Assembly: GCF_006345805.1 (NCBI RefSeq) | Contig: NW_021837037.1 | Coordinates: 2,608 to 66,607 of the forward strand | Length of the DNA stretch: 64,000 bases | Reading direction: 5' to 3' | Origin: Octopus sinensis | Lineage: Eukaryota | Part shown: positions 1 to 13,244 of the stretch, in pieces | How the letters are laid out: every line of letters starts with the position of its first letter | Position numbering within the stretch: position 1 is the first letter of the stretch | Notes under the pieces: model-generated | What the model was told of the DNA's origin: nothing | Seen by the model: only the letters and a program-made list of their open reading frames with translations | The model's database searches: none | Position numbers and translations under genes: made by a program

Positions 1-240
1 ATTGCTGTCCCGATTTTATATCTGCAGTGGTAAAGAAGTTAGTTGGATTGGTGACTTCAAAATGCCCTAGGGGTAGAGGGAAAATACATTTGAATAGCTC
101 ATTTAGTATTTCACTTACCCTCATTGGATTTCCTGTGAGTGTGCCATCATTTTCAAGAAGTGGCCCTACCCTACAGTGCACCGTAGCTGTTTCTTTTGCA
201 TACCTGTAGAAAGCTCTGGGGTTAGATTTCATGTTGTCTA
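1..240 (-). mobile_element. 5' end of the CR1/L2-type LINE fragment (duplicate of 34289-34530)
   Basis: Identical to the segment encoding KSNPRAFYRYA...VGPLLENDG on the minus strand. Confidence 0.8.
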
Positions 241-245
241 TATGC

Positions 246-279
<34 letters not shown>

Positions 280-280
280 C

Positions 281-336
<56 letters not shown>

Positions 337-423
337 ATGTAAGGTAGGTACAATAAATTGAGGGTGAATACTTGATAAACGTACGTGCACCTGTATATGC
401 CAGCTAATGGCAGATGTGAGAGG

Positions 424-531
424 ATATATGTATCAAATTAAATAAATAACAGGACACAAGTGTGTCGCGGTAAACATGTGTACCGCGACATCCTTTGTGT
501 CCTGTTTTTTTATTTAATTTGATACATATAT
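424..531. repeat. Near-perfect ~108-bp hairpin derived from a PLE 3' end (copy at 34712-34819)
   Basis: tatatgtatcaaattaaataaataacaggacacaa..tgtcgcggta-aacatgtg-taccgcgaca..ttgtgtcctgttttttatttaatttgatacatata. Confidence 0.8.
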
Positions 532-542
532 ATGTATATGTA

Positions 543-592
<50 letters not shown>

Positions 593-633
593 CATATATA
601 TATATATGCATATATATATGTATGCATATATAT

Positions 634-665
<32 letters not shown>

Positions 666-831
666 ATATATATATCATAAATTCCAACTTATTTTTGCAG
701 TTCATTAACTCTACGTCAAGCTCTCTTCTGTCTGTGAGCTATTCCCCCAGGTTAGACGCAGTGCTCTGACGAAAGAAAACTATGTTTGCATTATTGGGCG
801 AGACCATTCTCATACTGTATATAATTTCCTG

Positions 832-1045
832 TGGGCATATGGTCTAGTTGTTAGAGCAGCGGACTCGTAGTCGAGGATCGCGGGTTCGAATCTTAGACAG
901 GGCGACGTGTGTATTTATGAGCGAAGCAACTAAGCTCCATGCACCTCCGGCAGAAGGTAACGGCGAAATTCTTCTGACTCTCTCGCCACAACTTTCTCTG
1001 TCTTTCCTCTTGCAGCTCACCTGCGACAGGAGCCGGTCCGTCGCA
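832..1045 (+). mobile_element. tRNA-derived SINE (A/B-box head); same family at ~12810-12930 (+) and ~17650-18025 (-)
   Basis: tggtctagttg / ggttcgaatc boxes followed by a non-tRNA body shared among the copies. Confidence 0.75.
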
Positions 1046-1218
1046 GGTGGGGAAACTATACGCCAAGGAAACCGAGAAAGCGATCCTTATGAACCAGGTA
1101 AGGCTCGAGAAGGAACAAACATATAATTTTCTAGAAAATAGCAACGATATTAATGAAATATGTCCGTCAGTTTTAAATGTATTACTGATTAACATATTTT
1201 TTGTCTTGAATTCTTCAG

Positions 1219-1304
1219 ATGACCTGCCAGAACCCAACTCAGCACCATGCATTCTAACATTAAACAGTATCTTATTGGCTGTTCCTGTATGGGCCATATT
1301 TTAG
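1219..1304 (+). CDS. Terminal coding exon (exon 4) of an upstream copy of paralogue B; the rest of the gene is outside the window
   Basis: Acceptor ttgaattcttcag|AT; encodes (H)DLPEPNSAPCILTLNSILLAVPVWAIF*; identical to 35507-35592. Confidence 0.8.
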
Positions 1305-1671
1305 TGGAATTCGAACATATGCACTGTGCGAGGCTATTAAATATAATAAGCTTGTAACAGTCATTTTTGCTTGTTTTGTATGGTACGTACACAAATCTTC
1401 TGTATATAAAGTACTTCGAAATTTTATTTTTATAATCATGTCAAGAAATATATCTATTTCGCGTCAATACTAAATCACTTTACATTTATTGTCATTGCAA
1501 TATGATGTTTATTTTCAATCTATTACTGCATTAACTCTACATTATTTGCATGGCAAAATTTGAAATCAATTGCTTTCTGACATATGTTTAATCTCAAAAT
1601 GTTCGAGGACTATTCTGTTATATATTTATTTATTGAATTACATGTTTACCTCAATTTAAACATCATCATCT

Positions 1672-2470
1672 AAGGCGGCGAGCTGGCAGAAACGTTACCA
1701 CGCCGGGCGCAATACTTAGCGGTACTTCGTCTGCTGTTAGGTTCTGAGTTCAAATTCCACCGAGTTCGACTTTGCCTTTCATCCCTTGAGGGTCGATAAA
1801 TTAAGTACCAGTTACGCACTGGAGACGGTATAATTGACTTGCTGGGACTGCCTGTCATGTGACGGTCGTTTAGAAAAAGTGCGGGCTAAAACTACGCGCC
1901 TTCACTAGTCAGTTAAGGTGAGACATTGTCACGTGACAACTTGCTGGGGCTGCCTGCTGGATCCAATGCGGCAGGTTTTTGAAGGGAAAAATTTGACAAG
2001 ACAGTCAGTCACCGGCTGACACTCGCTGACGATACATCGAAGAGGCCATGGAACAGAAGAAAGAAGACATGCACCCAACACCAGAGGTGAAGACACCTCC
2101 GAAGGGGGGAGCGCCACGTCAAAACGGTAGAGGAGTAAGGGCCGAAACCGGACGTGGTTCCTCCTGATGTTGTCTTGAGCAAACAGGATCCTATAAAGGA
2201 GCTGTTGTGGTAGCAGACCACGAATCACGGTTGTAACTCCTCCATCTTCCTGTCCTTGTTTGTACCCTCTTTGTGTTTAGTACCTTGTGGGTAGTAAAGA
2301 AATAGGTATTTCGTCTGTTTTTACGTTTTGAGTTCAAATTCCGCCGAGGTCGGATTTGCATTTCATCTTTTCAGGGTCTACAAATTAAGTACCAGTTGCG
2401 TACTAGTGTCGTTCTAATCGACTGGTCCTCCCCCAAAATTTCGGGCCTTGTGCCTAGAGTAGAAAATAAT
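1672..2470 (+). mobile_element. SINE cluster: SINE 1672-1838, unclassified GC-richer insert ~1839-2260, SINE ~2270-2470; same SINE family at ~21213-21392
   Basis: Shared body gttctgagttcaaattcc(a/g)ccgagg..gggtcgataaattaagtaccag in several copies. Confidence 0.7.
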
Positions 2471-2621
2471 TTAAACATTATCTCCTTCGAAATAGTAACC
2501 TTCCGCAACTATATAACGGCCCCATTGCTCCTCCCTCATTTGGAATTCGTCTTGCAAATAAAAGTCCGAGAACGTTAAAAGATTCGCTATATATATGTAT
2601 ATGTATACATTTGGAAACATG

Positions 2622-3159
2622 TCAAGGTAGAAAATGCTAAAGTAATTTTATAAAAAAAGCATTTCAGTACCGGTTTCGGTCATTGGGTCTTCTTCAAATG
2701 TAAGTATGGAAAGCAATTAATTTTTGAAAAATTAAGTGAAAAGATTATTTAAATGAATATTGCAAAGTATTCGAGAACAAGGGGCATTTTCTTTGTTTCT
2801 CCCTGCCTCTATTTCTCATGTAAATTCTTGTGGGTTCAAGGACGTTGTGAATTCTTGGCAGAGAAGAAGAAGAAGAAGAAGAAGAAGAAGGAGGAGGAGA
2901 ACGAGAAGCAAAAGAATAATGCGCGACAACTATGATAGGTATCCTATTACTAACATTGTACTCCCTATTTATTCTCCTCAGAAACAAGGAAAGTTCCCCT
3001 TCTTTTTTAATAATATGCAAATATTCTCTTAAAAAAATCTTTTCGGTTAATTTTTCCGAAATATAATTTTTTACCATACTTACAGTTGAAAACGTCCCAA
3101 TGACTGAAACCGGTATTGAAATGTTTTTTATAAAATTATCTTAGCATTTTCTACCTTGA
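2622..3159. mobile_element. Inverted-repeat PLE remnant: ~170-bp arms around a (GAA)n(GGA)n spacer, each arm with a degenerate hammerhead
   Basis: 2622-2790 is the reverse complement of ~2990-3159 (roughly 80% identity by eye); + arm reads cag-TTGAAAA-c-gtc ccaat gac-t-GAAAC-CG-GTA-ttg. Confidence 0.65.
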
Positions 3160-3281
3160 AGTTTACCATATATTTCAACTCGTATGTTCTTGTTCAACCT
3201 TATATATATATAATGTTGATTCGCTAGCCTCTGCACGCAGTTTTTTTCTCCTCGTTTATTTCTGTATTTCTTTTCCGTGTA

Positions 3282-3319
3282 TCTTTCTGTTGAAGAGCGT
3301 AGGCTCGAAACGTAAAAGA
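3282..3319 (+). ncRNA. Minimal hammerhead-like motif in a PLE pLTR remnant (~3205-3415) lying between TA tracts
   Basis: TCTTT-CTGTTGA-A-GAGC gtag GCTC-GAAAC-GTA^AAAGA; stems I and II perfect; the core has an A6>U change. Confidence 0.6.
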
Positions 3320-3416
3320 CTTGTTTAATTTATATTCCTGAGCGCCATACAAATACAATTGTTTGTTTGTATTCCACCTGCCATCGTCTTTTGTTTATTT
3401 TCATAAAGCATCCCGT

Positions 3417-3519
<103 letters not shown>

Positions 3520-3523
3520 TATA

Positions 3524-3559
<36 letters not shown>

Positions 3560-3562
<3 letters not shown>

Positions 3563-4540
3563 GAATAAAAAAATGGAGTTAACGCAGGAGTAATCAAATA
3601 TTTTTACTTACGACACATGTTTCGAAAATACCACTAATACTATTCAAAAGAATAAATGGTATAAACAATGCAATCTTCTCCTGAGGAAAGTAAAAAAAAC
3701 GAAACTCGTCAATAATATATTTTAGCAAAAAATGATGGATTCGTATAGCGATAGACAGAACGCTATTAATATTGTTTAAAAAACGTCATATGATATAACG
3801 TCATAAGTAGCTAACAGAAACAGTAGGGATATTAATAGTGAACGTTAAATATAAAGGAAATTAAAGATTAAATTATATATAATGATAGAGACTACTTATA
3901 TGCACTAAATGTATGTTTTTGCCAATGCTTACATATGTATGCTCGCTCTATAACTGTGTTTAGTACAGTATTTTTAGAAAACATAATGAAAAATAGCTCA
4001 GAATTGCAGAGAAGACAGAATTTCTTGCCTTTGTCATATGGTATCGAAATTGAGAGAATGAACCATTCTAAATGAAGTTGTTCATTGTGGTCTTTTAAAT
4101 CCCAAATCAATTTGCTGAGACCGGTACTATTCCGTTTATTTCTATCCCTAAATGTTGAGTAATGGATAGAAATTCTTTTAGATAACTCTAACGATGTGCT
4201 TCCAATGTAAAGTCGTACTTTATTACGAGTACTGATTATACACTGGTATATAGAATTTTTAATCTTAGAGTTACTTGACATAAACTTAATTCTGTTGGAA
4301 TTGACTTCAGATACAATAACCTTGTTATTAATATTTCTAGAGGGTTGGATGGTATTAGCTAAATTAACGTTAGTATTAGTAAATGTATTAATATTTAACA
4401 GCTTGTTATTATGAGAAGAGATAATTTGTGTTTGAAAAACCTATCCTAAACTTATGTGAATTGATTATAGAGTAATATTACATGTGTCGAAAGTAAAAAT
4501 ATTTGATTACACCTGCGTTAAATCTATTTTTTTATTCATA
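3560..4540 (-). mobile_element. PLE 3' fragment with an intact GIY-YIG endonuclease ORF (3892-4281) bounded by ~60-bp inverted repeats
   Basis: ORF SIY..LYIGST..R..HYSTF..NSTGLSKLIW.LK..CLLC..E..LN..E..CKH; arms 3560-3620 and 4480-4540. Confidence 0.8.
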
Positions 4541-4609
4541 TTATACAAAATATTCAACGTAAAAACGAAGTTTCTACCTTTATAAACAAGGAGTTACAAC
4601 ACCTTTACT

Positions 4610-5230
4610 TGTGAGATTTTTACTGGCCCCTCTAAACTTCTCTTAACTCTCGACTTCCAGGGCCATTACACAGTGATCCCTCACCACGTAGAGCTGCATG
4701 CACTCCAAAATTTCCTTGACCTTCAACACAACACCTAACCCGAAACATCCTCACTCGTTCGTCTGGCCGAACTTGTCCTCCCTCTCAACCGCTTCTCGTT
4801 CGCTGGTAATTTCTACCAGCAGCTCGGTAGTGGACATTGGAATGAGAATGGACCCCAATTATTCGAACCTGTTCGTTGGTTACGTTGAGGCCCAAATATG
4901 CTCAAGTTTCACTGGCCAAACTCCCGAACTAAACGGCCCTTATATTGACGACTGTATCGGTACGAATTCACTCTTCCGCGAGCATCTAGACTCCTTCCAC
5001 TCTTTTATCAAATCTTTCCATCCTACCCTCCACATCCACTGCACTATCTCTGACACCTCTGTCCCCTTGACATTTCAATGAGCATTCATTACTCCACTCA
5101 CACAACCTCCATCTACATCAAACACAGACTCACACTCACACATCAACTTCCCCTCCTCTCACACTAAACGCACCGAGCTTTTCGTCCCCTATTTCCAATT
5201 TCTCCGTCTACGCAGGCTACACCACAACCC
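4610..5230 (+). mobile_element. Degenerate Neptune-type PLE reverse transcriptase fragment
   Basis: IGMRMDPNYSNLFVGYVE, YIDDCIG, FIKSFHPTL..TISDTSV and FQFLRLRRL match PLE RT motifs; frameshifted. Confidence 0.75.
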
Positions 5231-5377
5231 ACGATACCACACAACGCATCACATCACATCACACCACGACGCACACACTAGCACTGACCACTTCCCATCC
5301 CCACATCTTCGAAACTACACAGACACACACGCACATGTGTATTTGTATGCATGTATGTTTACAGGCATGTATATACA

Positions 5378-5414
<37 letters not shown>

Positions 5415-5923
5415 TCGGGGTGAGTACTTGATAATTATAAGCACCTGTGTATCATGTTTATTCCTATTTTTATTTTTTTACTTTTTATTTTTTTACGTTT
5501 TACTCTTATTTTTTTACTTTTTACTTTTATTTCTATTTCTATCTTTACTTTATAACCTTATGCCTTTACATTCATTTATATTTCTTTATATTTCTTTATA
5601 TTCTTTATACCCCCTTTACATCTCCTTATATCCCTTTATATCTTTATACTCTACATTTTTATATTTTTCTATACTTACACTTTTTATACATACATTTTTT
5701 ATCCCTCGTCCTGAATTCTCGCCCCTCCATCTTCACGTCTATATATGTATTTATTTATTTACATTACTTCAACATCCAATTTCCTCATTCTACATTGAGA
5801 GAAGAAGAGATGGACGCTTCAATTCTATGCTGTTGACTCATTATGTCGTACGCGAATGAGAGGATTTGCATCCCCAACCAAGAATTTTTGATGTAACACA
5901 TGTCCTTGTGGAAGCTGTTGTGC

Positions 5924-6001
5924 GCGGCTGAAGAAGGCCACAGACATACATTATGCATTGTTATAAATCTGTCTAATAAAGGCCCGAAACATATGTACCG
6001 C
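5924..6001 (+). ncRNA. Type I hammerhead ribozyme in the 5' pLTR (copy at 40213-40290)
   Basis: GCGG-CTGAAGA-A-GGCC..(~40 nt)..GGCC-C-GAAAC-ATAT-GTA^CCGC: stem I GCGG/CCGC, intact core, short self-complementary stem III typical of PLE hammerheads. Confidence 0.8.
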
Positions 6002-8847
6002 TGAATCCTTGGCATCATGTTTTTATTTTGATCAATTTACTCCACCATCTACACCACCAAACGGTATACACAGGTTCTTATAATTATCAAGTACTCACCC
6101 CGAATTTCTATACTCAACTCACCTACGTTGTCACTATGATCTGATCCCACGTAACCGCGACAACCTTTAGTACTTGACGAACCCAAGCATGAAGATTCAA
6201 AGGATTCACACAAACTTCTCTCCCAGGACATACCTCTCCACTCCGACAAAACTTACATGACGACCCTCATCCACCGGACCACAGACTTTATTAGAAGAAT
6301 CACGTGGGCGGCTTACCATTTCGATAACCCGGGGAAAAGCAACCCCAACTCTAACCAAGAAGAAATAGCACACAGGAAGATATTTAAAAGCAGAAGATAC
6401 CCACCCTCTAACTACGCACTGGAAAATTTTGAAACAGACTTAATCGACCTCATTACCAACATCAACATTAGTAAGCATAAGACCATTTCCAACACCCACT
6501 TAAGGAGCCTTAAATATTTCCTGCATTCACTTAGGAACGATGATAGTCTTATCATACCCGCCGACAAGACTGGGAACTGGTATAGGTTAGACTACCAAAC
6601 CTACAAATCGCTCATCATGAGGGAACTTAGCAAAAAATATAAAACTACTTCTACGGATAACCTTAAGGAAATTAACTACAAAATCAAGGAAGTTATGAGC
6701 AAATTAGACCTCCTGGACAGAACGGAACCTATCAAACCACAAGTACCCAAAATTACTATTGAAGACCATAAGAAAGACTTCCCGGATAATGTAGGAGTAC
6801 GATTAATCTGTCCGACTAAATCGGATATCGGCAGACTCAGCAAGACTATCCTGGACAAGGTGATCCCACGCATCAAACCCCACATCCCACTCCAACTATG
6901 GATTAACACCGACGATGTGCTAGAATGGTTTAACACAATCACCAATAGACCCAACTACTCATTCATCCAATTCGACATAGCTAGCTACTACGCCAGTATA
7001 TCCCCCATCTTACTTAACAAATCCCTTATATTTGCCCGCAACCTTTCGCTCATAGACAGAGAAAAAATTGACATAATACTATTAGCTAGAAAAACCATAA
7101 TAGAATTCGACGGTAGACTTTGGACCAGATCCGATACCCCCGACAATTTTGATGTGGCTATGGGCTCGAGCGATTCAGCTCAGGTGACTGACTTGGTCGG
7201 GGCCTACCTGCTCAAGAAGCTTTTCTCCGAGGTACCGGATCTTCAGGGGGGTCTATACAGAGATGACGCTCTCTTCATATACCCCACCAACAATAGGAGT
7301 AAACTAGAAAGAATTAGAAAAAGATCAGGCTTTTTTTCAAATCCTTCAATCTTAAACTAGAATTTATGACCAATACTAAAATAGTAAACTTCTTAGATGT
7401 TACGTTAGACTTGAATAAGCACCTTCACCACCCGTATAGGAAACCCGAAGAAACTACCAAATACATCCATACCTCTTCCAACCATCCACCCTGTATAATT
7501 AGCACCACGGTCCAAGCCATCTCAGACAGGCTTACAAAACTATCCTCTAATAGAGAAATTTTCAATAATCACGCACAACACTACAACCAGGCTCTCTATA
7601 GTGCTGGGTATAACCAGAGAATATCATATGTAGACCACCCGAGAACGTCCGTCGGCCATAAAACTCCCAATTATAATCGAACTCCGCACTCAACTCACAC
7701 TAGCGATAATTCTAATTTAAACTCCAAACAACGTATAGGAAATAGGCGAACTAATAGAATAGCACACAATAGTAACCCTCTCGACGAGAGCAATATAGAT
7801 CCTATTAGGAGAAATAGAAGGGATAATAGTCGATTACGCAAATATATATGGTTCAACATACCATACAACTTAGCAGGTAGGGGTACGTTATGTAAGAGAA
7901 TATTCTCTATCATTTCCAACAACTTCCCACCCACCCATAAGTATAGAAGCATCTTCTCCAACAAAACCATTAGGATTTCCTACTCTACCCTGCCCAACAA
8001 GAGCTGCCTCATAGCTAAACATAACTATATTAATATTAGAACAGCTAGATCAAGAGCAAGCTATAGCGACCAACCGAACCCCCCTCATCCAGATAGTAGA
8101 CAATATAATCAGACTGGCAGCCATATTACCCAAACAGTTAGTAATAACACCTGCCAACACAACAGAGGAAATACTACACCCATCAACAACCAGGAGGATA
8201 TCAACGCCCCCACTCGTATTGCAACACCTCCGCCTGGGATTAGCAGCACACGACCGAATAATGCAATTCAATGCAACTGCATATGTGCATCAGAGTGCCC
8301 GCTACAGGGCGTATGTAGGGCGAAAAACGTAATATATTCATGTGAGGTGAGTACCCGTTTAACACACTCACCTACATAGGTTGCTCAACCTCCTGGAAAT
8401 CCAGATACTACAACCACCGGTCCTCGCTGAAGCACAGACATAAGGCTAACAGCACCTCCCTTTCTAAAAAAATTTGGGAATTAAAAGACAAATGCAGAGG
8501 CTTCAAACTCAGGTGGTCCATCATCGGATCAGCTGCACCTTATTTAAATAATAGAGCAGGATGCCAACTATGTTGCGTAGAACTCCTGAACATCTTGAAA
8601 TTCAAAGACAAACACAATCTTATTAACAAAAGGTCAGAGTTCAAACCATCCTGTATACACAAACTTATTAATACTTTCAAATACTACAAAACTTAGGTTA
8701 TTATACCAACTCTCCCATGCAATTTCCTCCCACCCGGTGCAACCTGTCGACTCCAGCACATCCCGCTTTCCTATATGTGCCTGTATGTGCGTATATGTGT
8801 GCGTATATATATATATATATGTATGTGCACATATGTGTATGTATATG

Positions 8848-8884
<37 letters not shown>

Positions 8885-10663
8885 ATGTGTGTGGGTGTGT
8901 GTATGTGCATATACGTTTCCCTGCATTTTCCTCCTATATATGCACATTTTGTCTCCCATATATGTCTTTTTTCCCTACATATTTTTTCTCCTACACCCAT
9001 ATCCTTCCTATATAGTCTCTTTATTTCCCTATATCTACACCCTTTCACATTTCTAACTCGGATGTTGAACGCACACCGCCAAGCTCCACTTATACTCCAC
9101 TTCATCTCATGTTAAACTTTAAAAGATTATATTTTTATTTTATTTTCTTTTTATTTTTACTTTTATGTTGCTTTATCCTGTTCTATTTCACTTTACCTTT
9201 ATTCTCATTTTTATTTTCATCCGTTATCTTAATTCTTATAATTTTTATAATTTTTATACTTCATCTCTAACTTTTACATTATATTTCTTATTTTATATTG
9301 TATTTCTTACTTTTATTTCTAATTTTTACTCTTACCCTCATTCTTACCCCTAACTTATCGCTTTATACCTCTATATATGTCTATTTTTTTTGCTTATCCC
9401 TTATTTACTTACCTATGGATCCGCTTTATGATTATACGAGCGTCCGTGTACGTATGTATACGTATACATATGTGTACATATGTACGAGTAAACATCTACG
9501 TCTGGATGTGCATACCCCGTATTTCTTTACATTTTTTTACATGTTTTCTTATACTCATATGTTTACACCTATTTGTATACATCTTTTAATACCTATAGCT
9601 ATACCCATATGCGCGTATGTCTCTGTGTGTGTATGTAAGTGTATATGTGCACGCACATATGAACACACAGCCATGTGTGCGTGCACGTGTGGACGTGAGT
9701 GCGTGATTCTTTACATAAGTTCTTATATACATCCTTTAATATCTTATATCTAAACCTGGAAGCGTGGGCATATGTGTATGTGTATGTAAGAATGGACGCA
9801 CATATGTATATATGGGTGTGTACACGTATAATGTCCGTGTATACATGCGGATATTCTGTTGTATGTATGTATATGTACGCGCGTGCGTGTGGGTGTATGT
9901 GTGTTTATGTACATGTTTACACGTGAGTGCGTGTGTATGCTTATAGGCTTGGAGCCGTGTATGCGCGCGTATATGTGCTCGTGTATATGGGTGTATGTAT
10001 CCATGATGGTATGTATGTACAAGATGACCAATTAATTCAAAGAACTAGATTAAACGCTCAACAGCTCTGATTTACAACACACTAGGTCCCCAGACAACTT
10101 CTACAACTAGACTTTATCAATCTCCTGACCACCATGTTTGGTCCCTAACCTCTATACATCCCTTATCTTTATATTTCTTTATATTTTTTTACTTTTTTAT
10201 CATGTTTATTCCTATTTTTATTTTGTTACTTTTTATTTTTTTACTTTTTACTCTTATTTTTTTACTTTTTACTTTTATTTCTATTTCTATCTTTACTTTA
10301 TAACCTTATGCCTTTACATTCATTTATATTTCTTTATATTCTTTATACCCCCTTTACATCTCCTTATATCCCTTTATATCTTTATACACTACATTTTTAT
10401 ATTTTTCTATACTTACACTTTTTATACATACATTTTTTATCCCTCGTCCTGAATTCTCGCCTCTCCATCTTCACTTCTATATATGTATTTATTTATTTAC
10501 ATTACTTCAACATCCAAATTTCCTCATTCTACATTGAGAGAAGGAAGAGATGGACGCTTCAATTCTATGCTGTTGACTCATTATGTCGTACGCGAATGAG
10601 AGGATTTGCATCCCCAACCAAGAATTTTTGATGTAACACATGTCCTTGTGGAAGCTGTTGTGC

Positions 10664-10741
10664 GCGGCTGAAGAAGGCCACAGACATACATTATGCATTG
10701 TTATAAATCTGTCTAATAAAGGCCCGAAACATATGTACCGC
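10664..10741 (+). ncRNA. Type I hammerhead ribozyme in the 3' pLTR (copy at 44953-45030)
   Basis: Same sequence as 5924-6001. Confidence 0.8.
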
Positions 10742-13244
10742 TGAATCCTTGGCATCATGTTTTTATTTTGATCAATTTATATATATATATTTTTAACTGA
10801 TGTCCACCGGCAGACCGTAGTTAAAATGTTTCCATTATTTCAAGTGCTAAGCATTTAAGGTAGCGTGGTTAACTAAGATAAAATTTCCTGGAACGTTAAA
10901 ATATTTTCAAAACACCATCTGTGCAATCACTATCGATTCCAGGATACAGATATTTGTTGTTCATTAGTTATCAATCGATTATATCTGAGTGACATATGTA
11001 TACGTGTGAGTGTTTGAATGTGTGTGTTTGTTTGAATGTGTGTGTGTATTTTTGTGTGCATATGTGTGCATTTTTTACGCTTGCCACCACATAACAATCA
11101 GTGTTCGTGCATTTACGAACGCAAAACCCCGCAGTCAAGTGAAAGCTAAGGATATCATAAACACCAAGTTTAAAAACAAAATACAATACACTGGGAGATA
11201 TTCGATCGACTAAAACTCTTCAAGTTGGTGCCTCCGGATGACAACAGCCTAATGAATGAAACAACTAAAAATTGAAAGGCGTTGCTATTATTCATTTCAT
11301 TTAGAATTTGATTAAGTTATTCGCAGTAATATTAAATGCGTCAAAACTATTGAAAATATTGCAAGACGCAACGAAAATTTAAGGACAATAAAATAAGAAA
11401 TAAGTAGAAAATTTAGCAGTGAGTGTTTTACATAAGAAGGCACAAAAAGAAAATGACTCTCCCCAGACACAACAGATTATTGAATGACTTTCACATTAAT
11501 ACTACGCATTCTTGTGATGGTTTTGCTAACTATTTCTTGGTTTTAATAACACCAATGATAGTATCAAGAGACCTTGAAACTTTACCACAGCATTATAGGA
11601 AATGAAATATTTCTCCATCAGGTACGTATAAAAGTCAGCAACAACAAATTTTGAGTATTCTGTACTTTTGTCTTTTCGCTAATAAAATGTGTAAGTGGAC
11701 CAAAGACTGTTGGATACTTTTGTAGAGTATGGAGTCGATAATGCGGCTGTACGTATGCAAAATTGTTAGAATGTAGCTACTTTACTTACTGATGTCATTC
11801 AGAGGGAAACGTTTCTTTTGACCATGACGAAGAAGCTAACACAAAAGTAGACATCCCGACATACACATTCATATATATATTCATCCACACACATATATAC
11901 ATACACTCACAACCAATACCGAATATAAATTCTATAATACCTACATTTCTACATAGCACCAGTTTTTCTCTGTCCTGCTTGAAACATCTATTAACATCGA
12001 TATCTTGGCTCCTGTTCCACTTGAATCGCTATACGTCTCGTACATCGCAGAGTCATTTCAGGGTAACTTTCTCTTAAATCCAGTAATTCTAATATAATAT
12101 ATCTCAAATATTCCTCTCTAATTTCGCTTACCATTATCGCTGCATGACACATAACCAATGTGTTCTTCCAGGTTAGCAATTACATTATATCTAGTGGTTA
12201 CGTATTTACATGTATTTATCGCGTATTCATACATCTAGTGCTTGATGTTGTTATCATTTGAAAAAGAAATGTAACTCACCTCCATCCTCTACAAGAGATT
12301 TAACTTTATTGTTATCTGTCGCTACTGATTGTCAAACGATATTATCATTTTTAAAGTGAGACTGGCAGCAATAATTCAGTTAATATTAGACTCGTATATG
12401 AAAGCGATTGAAACTGCTAATGTGGCTATGTGTGTTTTCATATGTATATTTCAACAACCAAAATGCTGCAGTGTAACACAAAGTGTAGGATGTTGTTTAA
12501 CCCAATGGTCCAGGGATAATATTAGCGGCATTCTTAATCGTAGTACTTGAAGGAATTCTGCCTTCGCAACATTTTCTGGAATATTTTCTGGACAAAACCT
12601 TTAATGACTTAAGTATCATTGCGTTAATAAGGTAAAACAAAACTTATTTTAAAGTAGGCTGCAGACGCCATATGGCACCGAACTAAAGAGCGGTCGTCCA
12701 ATTCTATTTGTACAAAGCTATTCCTAGCTGTATGTTACTTATCCAAGTCAACACACACATATATATATAAGTACACACACACATATATATGCATGCATGT
12801 GTGTGTGTATATGGCCCAGTGGTTAGGGCATTGGACTCGCGGTCAGAGGACCGCGGGGTCGATTCTCAGACCGGGCGTTGTGTGCGTTTATTGAGTGAAA
12901 ACACCTAAAAGCCCCACAGACAACGGCGGTGCATCAGCATGGCCGCAGCACTGAGCTGAAGCTAGAAAAAATATATATATGCACACACACACGTACACAC
13001 ACATATGGATATATATCTATGAATATGTATATGAAGGTCTTTTTTTCGATTCTGTTTACCAAAATGCACTCAGAAAAGTTTGGTCGTGCTGATTCTAACG
13101 TAGCAAACACGAACCCTAAATGCAAAGTGGGACTGAACCCGGAAACATAGCACTGGCCAACAAGGGCATGTTCACACACAAAGTGCAAAGAAAACAAAAA
13201 CCAAAAAATCAGCGCTACATGTGTGTGAAGATTTACTTCTAAAT

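Larger units (their letters stand above)
5407..10778 (+). mobile_element. Near-intact Penelope-like element (RT + GIY-YIG, Naiad-like) with direct pLTRs 5451-6038 and 10199-10778
   Basis: Coding region 6257-8696 has RT (VAMGSSDS, YRDD, VNFLDVTLDL) and endonuclease (CPLQGVC..VIY..TYIG..NH..C-x2-C..LINKRSE..CIH). It is split by only two 1-nt deletions (~7320, ~8360). ~580-bp direct repeats; short inverted 5' tail (5407-5451 vs 6064-6111); TA tracts at both ends. Confidence 0.93.

Noticed and set aside
761-790. CTGACGA-AA-GAAA hammerhead-like motif
   Set aside because: It has no stem II; it could be a deleted relic or chance.
832-915. tRNA-like sequences (also ~12810 and ~17960-18025)
   Set aside because: They have A/B boxes but no clean cloverleaf and continue into a shared SINE body, so they are SINE heads.
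4698-5081. 127-aa ORF as a host gene
   Set aside because: It is part of a frameshifted PLE RT fragment (YIDD motif).
7310-7345. Programmed -1 frameshift in the PLE ORF
   Set aside because: There is no canonical X XXY YYZ heptamer in frame; a 1-nt deletion in an A-run explains it, and PLEs normally have one ORF.
11626-11697. TATAAAAG followed by ATGT|gtaagt as first exon of A
   Set aside because: No in-frame partner exon gives a signal peptide, and the exon at 13450 supplies the ATG with a clear paralogue in B. It could still be a non-coding upstream exon, but that is unsupported.
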